DNA of 64,000 bases, taken from Clostridia bacterium. GTDB lineage: Bacteria; Bacillota; Clostridia; UMGS1883. Positions 46,883 to 57,970 of the stretch are shown one piece after another; within the stretch, counting starts at the first letter, position 1, and each line of letters starts with the position of its first letter. The stretch is from NCBI GenBank assembly GCA_017411435.1, contig JAFQQD010000027.1, positions 2,926-66,925 on the forward strand, given 5' to 3'. The translations under genes were made by a program, and so were the position numbers. The notes beneath the pieces are model-generated. The model was not told where the DNA came from and searched no databases. It was given only the letters and a program-made list of their open reading frames with translations.

Positions 46883-49800
46883 TTATTTATTTTCTTTCAA
46901 AACATTTTCCCCAAAAAGAGAATTTATTCCGCTTTTAAGCTCTTCACTTGGTTCTACTGTTAAGTTTTTTACAATAATTTTACCGTAACTACACTCGATT
47001 TGTAAAGGATATGCTCCCGGATATTTTGAAACAAGAGTTTTGAGTTTGTCAAGCTGTTTTAAGTTTTCGTCACTTAAAACGAGAGTGAGAGAATCGGCCG
47101 TAGATATATACTGAGTTGCTGAATCCAATATAAGTTTCGCATCCTCATCTTCTCTGATGTCAAGTCGACCGTGAAGCATAACAATCGAATCCTCTGCAAG
47201 CAGTGCATCAAGCTTTGAAAGAATTTTAGGAAACACAATTACTTCCATACTTGCTGTAAAATCTTCTATGGTAAGAAATGCCATGTTAGTGTTAGAACGG
47301 GTTAATTTATCTTTTCTGTTAGATATAATACCTACAACAGAAACTTCTTTACCATCATAGAAATCATTTTGCCGAGCAGAATATCCGTCTTCATCGGATG
47401 ATTCTGAAGCTAAAAACTCAGCTATGCACGGATAATTCATTTTTGCTAAATCATCCCTGTACTCGTCAAGGGGATGTCCTGAGAAATATATTCCGGCAAC
47501 TTCTTTTTCCATATTGAGAAGTTCTCTTTTTGAAAAATCTTTTACTTTATCAGAAAAAACATCCTTCTTCTCCGTTTCTTCTGCAAAGAAAGAAAACTGT
47601 CCTGCAATATTATTTTTTCCTGCACGAACCTCTGAGTCTATTATTTCCTCATAAACTGCAAGTTTCTGTGCGCGGGTACCATCCAGAGAATCAAAAGCAC
47701 CACTTTTTATAAGGCATTCAACACTTCTTTTGTTGAGTTCACCCATCATTCGCGATGCAAAATCTCGAATGCTCTTGAATAAACCGTTTTCATTTCGTTC
47801 TTTTACACATTTTCTAACGAAATTTTCACCCACATTTTTTATAGTGGATAGACCAAAACGAATATCGCTTCCTTCAACAGAAAACTCTGCCATACTCTTA
47901 TTTATGTCCGGAGGAAGGATTTTTATTCCTCTTTGTACACAGTTGTTAATGTAGGCAGATACCTTGTTAGTGTCATCCATTACGCTGGAAATGAGAGCTG
48001 CCATAAACTGTGAAGGATACAAACATTTAAGATAAGCAGTCTGGTATGTAACATAAGAATATGCAGCAGCGTGACTTTTGTTGAAGGCATACTGTGCAAA
48101 AGCATCCATATCGTCAAATATGCTCTCGGCAGTTTTTTCATCAATGCCGTTCCTGATACATCCCATGTAGCGGATACTTCCGTCATCGTTATCTTCGCCA
48201 TAAATGAAACTCTGACGGGCTTTTTGCATCTCCTTTGCTTTCTTTTTACTCATGGCGCGGCGAACTTCATCAGCACGCCCCATTGAGAAACCGGCTAATT
48301 TTTGCACAATTTGCATAACCTGTTCCTGATACACAATACAGCCATAAGTCATCTCCAGAATATCTCTAAGGAGCGGATGCTTGTATCTGATGTTTTCGGG
48401 ATTTGTTTTATTCTTTATATATGCGGGGATAAAGTCCATAGGGCCAGGTCTGTACAACGCTATTCCTGCGGTTATGTCTTCTATATTCTTCGGGATGAGG
48501 CGTTTCATGAATGAGCGCATTCCGCCACTTTCAAGCTGAAAGACACCGTCTGTATCACCCTCTGATATCATTTTATACACTTCAGGAACATCATAGCTGA
48601 TATTTTTCATGTCAATATCAATACCCATAGCTCCTGCAATTTTAACTGTATCTTCTATTACAGTAAGGTTTCTGAGCCCCAGAAAGTCCATTTTAAGAAG
48701 TCCCAGTTCTTCAACTGTATCTTTTGTGTATTGAGTGGAAATAATATCCTCGCTACGCTGTACAGGCACATAGCTTGACACCTTTTTGCCTGCTATAACA
48801 ACGCCTGCTGCGTGAGTTCCAATATTTCTTGGAAGCCCCTCTACTGCCCTCGCAGTATCTACAAGCTTTTTAATATCAGCTGAAGATTCATAGGCTTCTT
48901 TTAATTTTGGGTTTTCAAGAGCAAGGTCAAGCGTCATTCCCAGGTCATTAGGAACCATTTTTGCAATAGTGTCAACTTCGCCGTATGGCATACCTAAAAC
49001 TCTGCCGCAGTCACGGATGGCACCTCGTGCTTTCATAGTACCGAAAGTTCCTATTTGACTGACATTTTCAGCGCCGTATTTCTCTATTACATAATCAATA
49101 ACTTCTCCTCTGCGTTTGGGACAGAAGTCAATATCGATATCAGGCATACTTACTCTTTCAGGGTTAAGAAACCTCTCAAAAATAAGATTGTAATGAAGCG
49201 GCTCAATGTCGGTGATTCCCAGAACATATGAGACAAGGCTTCCTGCTGCGCTTCCTCGTCCAGGGCCAACTGAAACACCATTACTTTTAGCATAATTTAT
49301 GAAATCCCATACTATGAGAAAATAATCCACAAACCCCATGCTTTGTATAACGCCCAGTTCATAATCAAGCCTTTCCGTATGCTCGGTCGTGGGGTTTTTA
49401 TAGCGCTTTTCAAGTCCTTTTTTACACAAGGATTTGAGATATTCAAACGGCTCCATGTTATCCGGTACCGCATACTTTGGAAGATGTCTTTCTCCGAATT
49501 TGAAATCAAAGTTACATTTTTCTGCAATAATATTTGTGTTTTCTATTGCTTCAGGGGCATATTTGAAAAGATTTCGCATCTCCTCTTCGCTTTTCAAGTA
49601 AAATTCCTCGGTTTCAAAGCGCATTCTGTTCTCTTCATCAAGGGTTTTACCCGTTTGAATACAAATCAGAACATCCTGATTTTTAGCATCCTCTGATTTA
49701 ATATAATGAACATCGTTTGTTGCCACAAGAGGTGTGTTTGTATCCTTAGCAAGCTTTACAAGGAGCGGATTTACCTTTTTCTGTTCTTCAATTCCATGGT

Positions 49801-50317
49801 CCTGTATTTCTATATAAAATTCCTCGAAAAGTTCTTTGTACTCGCATACAATTTCCTTTGCGCGTTCTTCGTTGCCTGAAAGAAGAGCCTTAGGTATTTC
49901 TCCTGCCAAGCATGCTGAGAGCGCAATGAGTCCGCCACTGTATTTCTTAAGGGTTTCCATATCAACTCTGGGACGGTAATAAAAGCCTTCTACAAACCCT
50001 TCTGAAACAATTTGAATAAGATTCTCGTAGCCTTTTTCATTCACGCATAAAAGTATCAGATGGTTGGTTTCATTTTCTCCCCTGCCACCACTTTTATCAA
50101 GTCGGTTTTTGGTTGTGTAGACCTCACAGCCTATAATCGGCTTTATTCCCTCTGCTTTGCACGCTTTGTAAAAATCTACTGCACCGTACATCACGCCATG
50201 GTCAGTCAAAGCGACAGCTGTCTGACCCAGCTCTTTTGCTCTTTTGGGAATTTCTCTTATGCGACACATACCGTCAAGTAAACTATATTCACTATGTACA
50301 TGTAAATGAGTGTACAT
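46883..50317 (-). CDS. dnaE: DNA polymerase III alpha subunit
   Basis: HLHVHSEYSLLDG, GPGRGSAAGS, PDIDIDF, KMDFLGLRNL, FNKSHAAAY. Confidence 0.98.
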   Translation of the reverse strand: MYTHLHVHSEYSLLDGMCRIREIPKRAKELGQTAVALTDHGVMYGAVDFYKACKAEGIKPIIGCEVYTTKNRLDKSGGRGENETNHLILLCVNEKGYENLIQIVSEGFVEGFYYRPRVDMETLKKYSGGLIALSACLAGEIPKALLSGNEERAKEIVCEYKELFEEFYIEIQDHGIEEQKKVNPLLVKLAKDTNTPLVATNDVHYIKSEDAKNQDVLICIQTGKTLDEENRMRFETEEFYLKSEEEMRNLFKYAPEAIENTNIIAEKCNFDFKFGERHLPKYAVPDNMEPFEYLKSLCKKGLEKRYKNPTTEHTERLDYELGVIQSMGFVDYFLIVWDFINYAKSNGVSVGPGRGSAAGSLVSYVLGITDIEPLHYNLIFERFLNPERVSMPDIDIDFCPKRRGEVIDYVIEKYGAENVSQIGTFGTMKARGAIRDCGRVLGMPYGEVDTIAKMVPNDLGMTLDLALENPKLKEAYESSADIKKLVDTARAVEGLPRNIGTHAAGVVIAGKKVSSYVPVQRSEDIISTQYTKDTVEELGLLKMDFLGLRNLTVIEDTVKIAGAMGIDIDMKNISYDVPEVYKMISEGDTDGVFQLESGGMRSFMKRLIPKNIEDITAGIALYRPGPMDFIPAYIKNKTNPENIRYKHPLLRDILEMTYGCIVYQEQVMQIVQKLAGFSMGRADEVRRAMSKKKAKEMQKARQSFIYGEDNDDGSIRYMGCIRNGIDEKTAESIFDDMDAFAQYAFNKSHAAAYSYVTYQTAYLKCLYPSQFMAALISSVMDDTNKVSAYINNCVQRGIKILPPDINKSMAEFSVEGSDIRFGLSTIKNVGENFVRKCVKERNENGLFKSIRDFASRMMGELNKRSVECLIKSGAFDSLDGTRAQKLAVYEEIIDSEVRAGKNNIAGQFSFFAEETEKKDVFSDKVKDFSKRELLNMEKEVAGIYFSGHPLDEYRDDLAKMNYPCIAEFLASESSDEDGYSARQNDFYDGKEVSVVGIISNRKDKLTRSNTNMAFLTIEDFTASMEVIVFPKILSKLDALLAEDSIVMLHGRLDIREDEDAKLILDSATQYISTADSLTLVLSDENLKQLDKLKTLVSKYPGAYPLQIECSYGKIIVKNLTVEPSEELKSGINSLFGENVLKENK

Positions 50318-51205
50318 TTATTTTTCCTCCGCTAAATTCATAAGCTTTTTCATTCGTCTGTTGACACTGCTTTTTGTCATTGGTGGGGACATTTTTTCTC
50401 CTATTGCAGAAAGAGATAGGTCAAAATTATCAAGTCTTAACTGGGCTATCTCTTTTGTTTTATCATCAATTTCTTCCCAAAAAGGCGTTTCTTTTAATTT
50501 TAATATTGCCTTATACTGATAGGCAGCGGCAGAAATAGTTTTGTCTACATTTGCCGCAATACAGTTCTGCGTACGGTTTTCTTTGTTATTTATATCTTTT
50601 TCAATCTGAGTTACCATAAAATCAAGCATTGACTTATGAGCCCCTATTATATTCAGAAAATCCCCGACTGATGTCTTATCTTTCAAATATGTTATGTAAT
50701 TTTTATTTCTTTTAACTGTGTTTGCCTTTATACCAAATGTTTCAAGCATCTCTGCAGCTAGATATGACATATTCTCGTTAAATGTAACAAGTTCGCACGA
50801 ATATCCTTTCTGCGGATCTGAAATTGTTCCGCTCATTACAAATGCGCCGCGTAAAAACGCTCTTTTTTCAAGTTCGGTTTCACAAATATCTTCGTCAAAG
50901 GCTATTTCACCGTCTTCGTAAAAGTAAACCCCTGCTTTTTCAGAAAGCCTGGAGGGAAAACTTACACAATAATTCTTCCGTCCTTTTAAGATATCGATTG
51001 CTCTTTCTTCATCAATAGCTTTTCTGAGAATAAGTTGTATTCTGGCTGCAATATTAGGATTGTCCGTGCGAAGTGATACAGTATCATTTATGACATTTTC
51101 TCCAAAAAGAATCATTGCGGCAAGTTCAGAAACTGCCTCTTCCCTTTTGAATTTTACTTCACATAATTCATTTTTCACTTCATGAGAAAAAGTTTTGTTC
51201 GCCAT
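50318..51205 (-). CDS. whiA: WhiA-family DNA-binding protein
   Basis: FSHEVKNEL, FLRGAF..SG.I.DP..Y, NR..NC..AN..K, KSSVNRRMKKL. Confidence 0.9.
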   Translation of the reverse strand: MANKTFSHEVKNELCEVKFKREEAVSELAAMILFGENVINDTVSLRTDNPNIAARIQLILRKAIDEERAIDILKGRKNYCVSFPSRLSEKAGVYFYEDGEIAFDEDICETELEKRAFLRGAFVMSGTISDPQKGYSCELVTFNENMSYLAAEMLETFGIKANTVKRNKNYITYLKDKTSVGDFLNIIGAHKSMLDFMVTQIEKDINNKENRTQNCIAANVDKTISAAAYQYKAILKLKETPFWEEIDDKTKEIAQLRLDNFDLSLSAIGEKMSPPMTKSSVNRRMKKLMNLAEEK

Positions 51206-51234
51206 TGAAATTCAATCCTTTATAATTATCGGGG

Positions 51235-52128
51235 TCAATCCCAATATTTTACTTCGGGCTCAAGAGCTACACCGTGAATATCATATACAGTTTTTTGTAC
51301 TAATTCTATCAAATCACAAATATCCTGTGTTGTAGCATTTTCTCTATTGATTATAAAACCAGCGTGTTTTTCACTTACCTGAGCTCCTCCAACAGATTTC
51401 CCTTTCAGATTGGAGCTTTCTATTAACGCCCCTGCAAAATAGCCGTGAGGACGCTTGAATGTGCTGCCTGCGCTTGGGTACTCAAGCGGTTGTTTTTCGC
51501 GTCTTCGAGATGCCAGATCAGCCATTTTACCAAGGATTTCTTCTTTGCTACCGCGAGTAAGTTTTAATGTAGCGCCTGTAATTATACATCCCGTATCCAT
51601 TAAAGCGCTCTCTCTGTATCCAAATTCCATTTCCTCGCCGGAAACTACATATTCTTTACCTGTTATATCGATAAAGCTTACGGCTTCAACGACATCCTTC
51701 ATTTCTCCACCATATGCGCCTGCGTTCATTATGAGCGCACCGCCAAGAGTTCCCGGGATACCTGCAGCAAATTCAAATCCCGTAAGAGATTCTTCTGCTG
51801 CCCTTTTTGCAATAGCGGAAAGATGCTCGCCTGCTTTTGCAGTAATACAATCTTCAAAAACTTCTATACCGCTGAAGTTTTTATCCATATAGATTACGGG
51901 ATTTTTAACACCATCATCGCTTACAAGCAAATTACTTCCATTACCAAGGATATAGTAGCTGATTGAGTTTTCGTAAAAGAAATTCATAATATTTTTCAGC
52001 TCGTCCGTGGTCGTAGGAGAAATGAGAATTTCAGCTCTTCCTCCCGTTTTGAAAGTTGTGTAAGAAGCCATGGAAACATTGGTTTTTATTTTGTTTACAT
52101 CAATAATATTTTTTATTCTATCAAGCAT
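51235..52128 (-). CDS. murB: UDP-N-acetylenolpyruvoylglucosamine reductase
   Basis: TTFKTGG, GNGSNLL, GIPGTLGGA..MNAGAYG, PSAGSTFKRP, KHAGFIIN. Confidence 0.96.
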   Translation of the reverse strand: MLDRIKNIIDVNKIKTNVSMASYTTFKTGGRAEILISPTTTDELKNIMNFFYENSISYYILGNGSNLLVSDDGVKNPVIYMDKNFSGIEVFEDCITAKAGEHLSAIAKRAAEESLTGFEFAAGIPGTLGGALIMNAGAYGGEMKDVVEAVSFIDITGKEYVVSGEEMEFGYRESALMDTGCIITGATLKLTRGSKEEILGKMADLASRRREKQPLEYPSAGSTFKRPHGYFAGALIESSNLKGKSVGGAQVSEKHAGFIINRENATTQDICDLIELVQKTVYDIHGVALEPEVKYWD

Positions 52129-52143
52129 AATATTCCCTTTCCT

Positions 52144-53115
52144 TTAGAAGAGGTCGCTTCCGGATATTCCATTGTTCTCCATCTGTTTTGACAATCGTTC
52201 GCTAAGTTCTTCAGCGGCATTATATCCCATCTTCTGTTGTCTGTGGTTCATAGCTGCTATTTCGATAATAACAGCCAGATTTCTTCCCGGCTTTACAGGA
52301 ATTGTAAGAGACGGAATGTCGATTCCCAATAGATTTGTAACTTCTTTGTCAAGGCCGAGTCTTTCGTAATTTTTTCCTTGCTGCCATACTTCGAGATTTA
52401 TAATAAGATTGATGCTCTCAGTATCTTTTACAGCACCCATACCGAAAATTTTCTTTACATCAACAATACCGATACCACGGAGTTCAATAAAGTGGCGTAT
52501 TATCTCAGGAGAACTTCCTACGAGTGTTTTTGCGGAAACGCGTCTTATTTCAACCGCATCATCAGCAACAAGTCTGTGACCGCGTTTAATAAGCTCTACC
52601 GCAGTTTCACTCTTACCTACGCCACTTTCTCCCAACAAAAGTACGCCTTCGCCGTATACTTCTACAAGTACTCCGTGTCTGGTGATACAAGGCGCAAGCG
52701 AAAGGTTTAGAGAGGCAATGAGCGCAGCCATGAATGACGAAGTACTTTCTTCAGTTCTTAGAAGCGGCACCTTGTATTTTTCTGCAGCCGCTTTTAACAC
52801 ATCCGGCACATCTAATCCGCGTGTGACGATTGCCGCAGGTATGCCCTTTGATATAAGTTTTTCATATGCTACTTTTTGATTCTCCAAAGACTTTTGCATC
52901 ATATAAGAGTGCTCAACCTTTCCGAGAATCTGAATACGGTCACTGTCAAAATAGTCAAAAAAGCCTTCGCTGAGCTGTATTCCCGGTCTATGAACATCTG
53001 AAGAATTAATCATTATGCTATCAAGGTTTTCAGGTGCATAGATTATCTCAAGATGGAACTCATCAATTAATTTTGTTAGGTTAACTTTGTACTGAGGATC
53101 GTTCATGTTTTTCAC
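52144..53115 (-). CDS. hprK: HPr kinase/phosphorylase
   Basis: [40 protein letters not shown]. Confidence 0.96.
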   Translation of the reverse strand: MKNMNDPQYKVNLTKLIDEFHLEIIYAPENLDSIMINSSDVHRPGIQLSEGFFDYFDSDRIQILGKVEHSYMMQKSLENQKVAYEKLISKGIPAAIVTRGLDVPDVLKAAAEKYKVPLLRTEESTSSFMAALIASLNLSLAPCITRHGVLVEVYGEGVLLLGESGVGKSETAVELIKRGHRLVADDAVEIRRVSAKTLVGSSPEIIRHFIELRGIGIVDVKKIFGMGAVKDTESINLIINLEVWQQGKNYERLGLDKEVTNLLGIDIPSLTIPVKPGRNLAVIIEIAAMNHRQQKMGYNAAEELSERLSKQMENNGISGSDLF

Positions 53116-54182
53116 CCTTCGTTATTTTTAAGCTTCTCGCTTTGAAAATGAGTTATAAGAGCATCTATTATCTCGTCCATATCTCCGTCCATTATTGATT
53201 CTATTTTATAAAGAGTCAGATTAATACGGTGGTCGCTTACCCTGCCCTGGGGGAAGTTATATGTCCTTATTCTTTCGCTTCTGTCCCCGCTTCCAACCTG
53301 ACTTTTTCTTTCTTTACTGATAGCATCGTTTCTTTGAGATTCCATAAACTCATAAAGACGGCTTCTCAAAACTTTCAGCGCCTTGTCCTTATTTTTATGT
53401 TGGCTTTTTTCATCCTGGCACGAAACCACAAGTCCGGTAGGAATATGCGTTACGCGTACTGCTGAATCCGTAGTATTAACGCACTGACCACCTGGGCCGC
53501 CTGCACGGAAAACATCTATTCTTAAATCATTCGGATTTATCTCGAGTTCTACTTCTTCTACTTCAGGAAGTACTGCAACCGTAGCGGCACTTGTGTGAAT
53601 TCTTCCGCCCGATTCAGTTTCAGGCACTCGCTGAACTCTGTGAACGCCACTTTCATACTTTAATCTGCTATATGCTCCGGCTCCTTCAACTGTAAAGGTG
53701 ATTTCCTTGTAACCCCCAAGTTCTGTCGGATTTGAGTTCATAATATCTATTTTCCAGTTTCTGTTTTCAGCATACATGCTGTACATTCTGAAAAGCGAGC
53801 CGGCAAAAAGCGCTGCCTCTTCTCCGCCTGTACCGCCGCGTATTTCAACAATAACATTTTTCTCATCATTAGGGTCTTTTGGTAAAAGAAGTATTTTAAG
53901 CTCTTCTTCTATTTTTTCAATTTTTTCTTTGTTTTCTTCTATTTCCGAAAGAAGCATTTCTTCAAACTCTCTGTCAGCGCCCTCTTCAAGCATTTCCTTT
54001 GCCTCTGAGATAGCAGTATTTGCTGCCTTGTATTCCCTGTATCTTTCCACGATTGGTGTAATATCAGAATTTTCTTTACAGAGCTTACGCCAGCGGTTCT
54101 GGTCGGCAATAATTTCAGGGTCACTTATTTTCTGCGAAAGTTCTTCGTATCTTTCTTCTATAAATGCAAGTTTATTAAACAT
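53112..54182 (-). CDS. prfA: Peptide chain release factor 1
   Basis: [39 protein letters not shown]. Confidence 0.97.
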   Translation of the reverse strand: MFNKLAFIEERYEELSQKISDPEIIADQNRWRKLCKENSDITPIVERYREYKAANTAISEAKEMLEEGADREFEEMLLSEIEENKEKIEKIEEELKILLLPKDPNDEKNVIVEIRGGTGGEEAALFAGSLFRMYSMYAENRNWKIDIMNSNPTELGGYKEITFTVEGAGAYSRLKYESGVHRVQRVPETESGGRIHTSAATVAVLPEVEEVELEINPNDLRIDVFRAGGPGGQCVNTTDSAVRVTHIPTGLVVSCQDEKSQHKNKDKALKVLRSRLYEFMESQRNDAISKERKSQVGSGDRSERIRTYNFPQGRVSDHRINLTLYKIESIMDGDMDEIIDALITHFQSEKLKNNEG

Positions 54183-54190
54183 AGGTAAAA

Positions 54191-55051
54191 TCAATTCTTT
54201 CTATCTAAAAGATATAATGCAAGCTCTTTAAGGAATTCTCCTTTTGTTCCAAGAAAATGGAGGGAATCAATTGCGTTTTGAGTTTCTTCTTTAAGAATTT
54301 CTTTTGCTCCATCCATACCGTAAAGAGTGACATAGGTTGTTTTTGAGTTCTTTTCATCACTTAATATCGGCTTGCCAAAAGTTTCAACATCCCCTTCAAT
54401 ATCGAGAATGTCATCCCTGATCTGGAATGCCAGCCCGAGAGAAAGAGCGTACTTTTCAAATATCGCGGGGTCTTTGCCTGCAGACACAGCTCCGAGAGCC
54501 GCAGATGCACAGATAAGTGCGCCCGTTTTCTTTTTATGAAGGAGCGAAAGCGTTTCTGCGTCTATTTGGGTTACTTCCGCTTCCATGTCCATTATTTGTC
54601 CGCCTATCATTCCTTCTGCGCCTGAAGCCGTGTAAATAATTTTCAAAGCATCAAGCTGCATCTTTGAATCTTTGATATCGGCGGTAAGAACAGACTCACA
54701 GGCATAGTTAAGGAGCGCATCTCCGGACAATACTGCAGTCGCTTCGCCGTAAACAATATGATTTGTCGGCTTTCCGCGTCTTAAATCATCATTATCCATA
54801 CATGGTAAATCGTCATGTATCAACGAGTATGTATGAATCATTTCGATTGCACACGCATAAGAAAGAGCCGCCTCCATATCCCCGCCAAGCGCTTCGCAAC
54901 ACGCAAGAGTAAGAACGGGCCTTATTCTTTTGCCGCCTGCGTAGAGGCTGTATCTCATTGCCTCGTAGATTAACCCTTCCTTTGAATCCAGTAGCGTATG
55001 AAGATGTGTATCTATTTTGTTTATATATTCACCAAGTTTTTCTCTGAACAT
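54191..55051 (-). CDS. ispA: Farnesyl diphosphate synthase
   Basis: [33 protein letters not shown]. Confidence 0.93.
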   Translation of the reverse strand: MFREKLGEYINKIDTHLHTLLDSKEGLIYEAMRYSLYAGGKRIRPVLTLACCEALGGDMEAALSYACAIEMIHTYSLIHDDLPCMDNDDLRRGKPTNHIVYGEATAVLSGDALLNYACESVLTADIKDSKMQLDALKIIYTASGAEGMIGGQIMDMEAEVTQIDAETLSLLHKKKTGALICASAALGAVSAGKDPAIFEKYALSLGLAFQIRDDILDIEGDVETFGKPILSDEKNSKTTYVTLYGMDGAKEILKEETQNAIDSLHFLGTKGEFLKELALYLLDRKN

Positions 55052-55263
55052 CACATATTCTCCGTATCAAATTCAGTTTCGCTATTGTTTTCTGCGATAA
55101 GTTTTGTAACCTTGAGCTGAGCTTCTGAAAGAAGCTTCTGACAGGTTTTTGAAAGGCCTACACCTTTTTCGAAAAGCTCCATCGCCTCATCCAATGATAC
55201 TTCTTCGCTTTCGAGCTTATTCACAGTTTCCTCAAGTTCTTTCATTGCTTCTTCAAATTTCAT
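55051..55263 (-). CDS. xseB: Exonuclease VII small subunit
   Basis: FEEAMKELEE.V..LE...SLDEA...FEKG. Confidence 0.92.
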   Translation of the reverse strand: MKFEEAMKELEETVNKLESEEVSLDEAMELFEKGVGLSKTCQKLLSEAQLKVTKLIAENNSETEFDTENM

Positions 55264-56470
55264 TAATTTCTCTCCTTCCGGTAACAAGACAATCTGCCTC
55301 GCCATCTGTTAACCGTAAAACGATATTGTCTCCTTCGCTGAGCTGGGAAATATTTTTTACGGTTTTTCCGTTTTTTGTCGTACTTGTATATCCTCTTTCA
55401 AAAACCGCAAGCGGACTGAGCGCTGATAACTTACCGCAAAGTGCACCAAAAAGTTTTTCTGATACCTGCTTTTTATTTTTGAAAGCCATAACGCACCTGT
55501 CAAGTAACAAGTCTGCATCCTGTTGCTTATCTAAAAGGAATTTACCAAATTGCGTCAGCGATCTTCTCTTAGTAAGAAGTTCAAGTTGTCTTGCCTGGGT
55601 TTCCACTCTGTTTTTCAAAAGAGCCGACATTGCGCTTTTCAATGAATCCATAGTTCTTCTTAATTCAGTAACATCAGGAACTGCAAGTTCCGCTGCTGCA
55701 GACGGAGTCGGTGCTCTCAAATCCGATACGAAGTCACAAATCGTAAAATCCACCTCATGCCCTACTGCAGATATGACAGGAATCTCGGAAGAAGCAACTG
55801 CACGCGCTGTTATTTCCTCATTAAAAGCCCATAAATCCTCAATTGAGCCACCACCGCGCCCTGTAATGATAACATCAACTTTCTTCTTAGTGTTAAAGTA
55901 TTCTATTCCTTCGCAAATGCTTTTCGCGGCATCCGTTCCCTGTACCAGACAAGGAAAAATGATAACCTTTACCATAGGGCATCTTCTGCGCAATACATTT
56001 ATCATATCTCTGATTGCAGCCCCCGTAGGGCTTGTTACAATTCCTATTGTTTCAGGGAATTTGGGAATTGCTTTTTTTCTGCTTTCATCAAAAAGGCCTT
56101 CCTCGGAAAGCATTCTTTTAAGAGCCTCAAACCTGGCATACAGGTCCCCCATGCCTTCGGCTTCCATTTCCTCGATATACATCTGGTATTGTCCGCCTGA
56201 TTCGTAAACCCCGATTTTACCACGGGCAAGAACCTTTGTTCCATCCGCAGGCTTAAAACGAAGATGTGCTGCAGCATTCCTGAACATAACTGCCTTAAGA
56301 ACTGAACCTTCGTCCTTAAGTGTCAAATATATATGTCCTGACGAATGAATCTTGAGGTTGCTGATTTCGCCTTTAATCCATATATTTTGAAGAACAGGAA
56401 CCTTATCCAGGACGGCCTTTATGTAATTGTTAATCTGCGACACAGTAGCAATCCTTCTGCCATCTGTCAT
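55253..56470 (-). CDS. xseA: Exonuclease VII large subunit
   Basis: GEISN, SGHIYLTLKD, TSPTGAAIRD, RGGGSIEDLWAFN, APTPSAAAE. Confidence 0.96.
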   Translation of the reverse strand: MTDGRRIATVSQINNYIKAVLDKVPVLQNIWIKGEISNLKIHSSGHIYLTLKDEGSVLKAVMFRNAAAHLRFKPADGTKVLARGKIGVYESGGQYQMYIEEMEAEGMGDLYARFEALKRMLSEEGLFDESRKKAIPKFPETIGIVTSPTGAAIRDMINVLRRRCPMVKVIIFPCLVQGTDAAKSICEGIEYFNTKKKVDVIITGRGGGSIEDLWAFNEEITARAVASSEIPVISAVGHEVDFTICDFVSDLRAPTPSAAAELAVPDVTELRRTMDSLKSAMSALLKNRVETQARQLELLTKRRSLTQFGKFLLDKQQDADLLLDRCVMAFKNKKQVSEKLFGALCGKLSALSPLAVFERGYTSTTKNGKTVKNISQLSEGDNIVLRLTDGEADCLVTGRREINEI

Positions 56471-56491
56471 AGTATATCAATTCCTTCTGAC

Positions 56492-56926
56492 TTATCCGTC
56501 TAAGTTTGTAATAACTGTTCCCAAAACACCATTCACAAAAGAAGCGCTATCTTTTCCGCCGTATGTCTTGGCAAGTTTAACAGCTTCGTTTACAGACACC
56601 TTTTGGGGAATGTCTTCCATAAAATATATCTCATAAACGGCTAACTTCAAAAGTGCAAGATTTACTTTTGAAATACGCGAAATTGTCCAGTCTTTCAGGG
56701 TGGGAGTGATGATTTCAATAAGAAAATCGCACTTTTCCCTAACCCCCTTAACAATTTCCTCTATATACTTTCTGTTAGGTGCTGAAATAAATTCCTGTGC
56801 CCACATTTCATTCTTTTTTTCTACTGTTTCATATAAATAAGAGATTGCACTTTCTGAATCTATCTTTGTAATTTCCATTTCAAAAATCAACTTGAATGCG
56901 TCTTCTCTTGCAAATGCTCTGCTCAT
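56492..56926 (-). CDS. nusB: Transcription antitermination factor
   Basis: AREDAFKLIF, VSVNEAVKLAK.YG...FVNGVL. Confidence 0.92.
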   Translation of the reverse strand: MSRAFAREDAFKLIFEMEITKIDSESAISYLYETVEKKNEMWAQEFISAPNRKYIEEIVKGVREKCDFLIEIITPTLKDWTISRISKVNLALLKLAVYEIYFMEDIPQKVSVNEAVKLAKTYGGKDSASFVNGVLGTVITNLDG

Positions 56927-56947
56927 TAGTAAATCTCCTTCTTGCGT

Positions 56948-57970
56948 TTAGTTAAAAAGGTCTGCAATATCCCCAACGGTTACAAAAACAGCAAGAACCA
57001 TCAGGAGAACAAACCCTATTATACTTGCGTAACCAATTATTTCACTTTTTACTTTTTTGCGTGTTATCAGTTCATAAAGTGCAAATACTATGCTTCCGCC
57101 GTCAAGCGCCGGAAAAGGAAGTAAATTAAACACTCCAAGGTTGACTGTAATCATCGCAAAAAGCATCAATATAGATAAAAATGTATATTCAGTCTTTGCC
57201 GATGCAACGGAATCAACAACGCTGACTATCTCTACCGGACCTGACAGTGTGTTCATTCCAACTCTACCACTTACAAGGTCTCCCACTGCGTAAAGTACAG
57301 CTTTAGTTATATACACCGTATCATAAACTGCAAATTCCGCACTTTTTATAAGCGATGAATCTTCATTCTTAAATATTACACCTAATTTGTATCCTTCATC
57401 AGTTTTGATTGGAGTAAATTCTTTGACGGTCATTTTCTCCCCGTCTCTTTTGATTGTGATAGAAATGGGGTCTCCTTCTTTGTATCGACTCATAAAAAGG
57501 AGGACATCATCATTCGTTCTTACGCGTGTGTTGTTCAACCTTAAGATTTCGTCTCCGCTTTCAAGATAAACCTGCCTGTTTTTCATTTTGTCAGGTACAC
57601 TTTCCACAACAGACGGAACTATACCCACGCTCAAATTTATAATTGTAAAAATCATAAATCCTAAAAGAATGTTCATTAAAGCTCCGGAAATAAGAACTAT
57701 TATTCTTTTTAAGGGATGCAAATTTGAAAACGAACGGGGATTATCATTTTCTTCGACTTCATTTTCCCCTTCAAGTTTTACATATCCGCCTATCGGAAAA
57801 AGTCTTAAAGAGTATTTTGTCTCCCCTTTTCCAAAAGAAACTATCTTGGGCCCCATTCCTATTGAAAACTCATGCACCAATACGCCAAATTTTTTAGCCG
57901 TTATAAAATGGCCAAGCTCGTGCAAGATTATCATTATTCCAAATCCGATGATGGTAATTAGAATTGCCAA
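56948..57970 (-). CDS. rseP: RIP metalloprotease RseP
   Basis: HELGH, PIGGYV, NLLP.PALDGG. Confidence 0.93.
   Translation of the reverse strand: MAILITIIGFGIMIILHELGHFITAKKFGVLVHEFSIGMGPKIVSFGKGETKYSLRLFPIGGYVKLEGENEVEENDNPRSFSNLHPLKRIIVLISGALMNILLGFMIFTIINLSVGIVPSVVESVPDKMKNRQVYLESGDEILRLNNTRVRTNDDVLLFMSRYKEGDPISITIKRDGEKMTVKEFTPIKTDEGYKLGVIFKNEDSSLIKSAEFAVYDTVYITKAVLYAVGDLVSGRVGMNTLSGPVEIVSVVDSVASAKTEYTFLSILMLFAMITVNLGVFNLLPFPALDGGSIVFALYELITRKKVKSEIIGYASIIGFVLLMVLAVFVTVGDIADLFN

Noticed and set aside
55149-56207. 352-aa plus-strand ORF
   Set aside because: Antisense shadow of xseA/xseB; low-complexity Ser/Phe-rich translation
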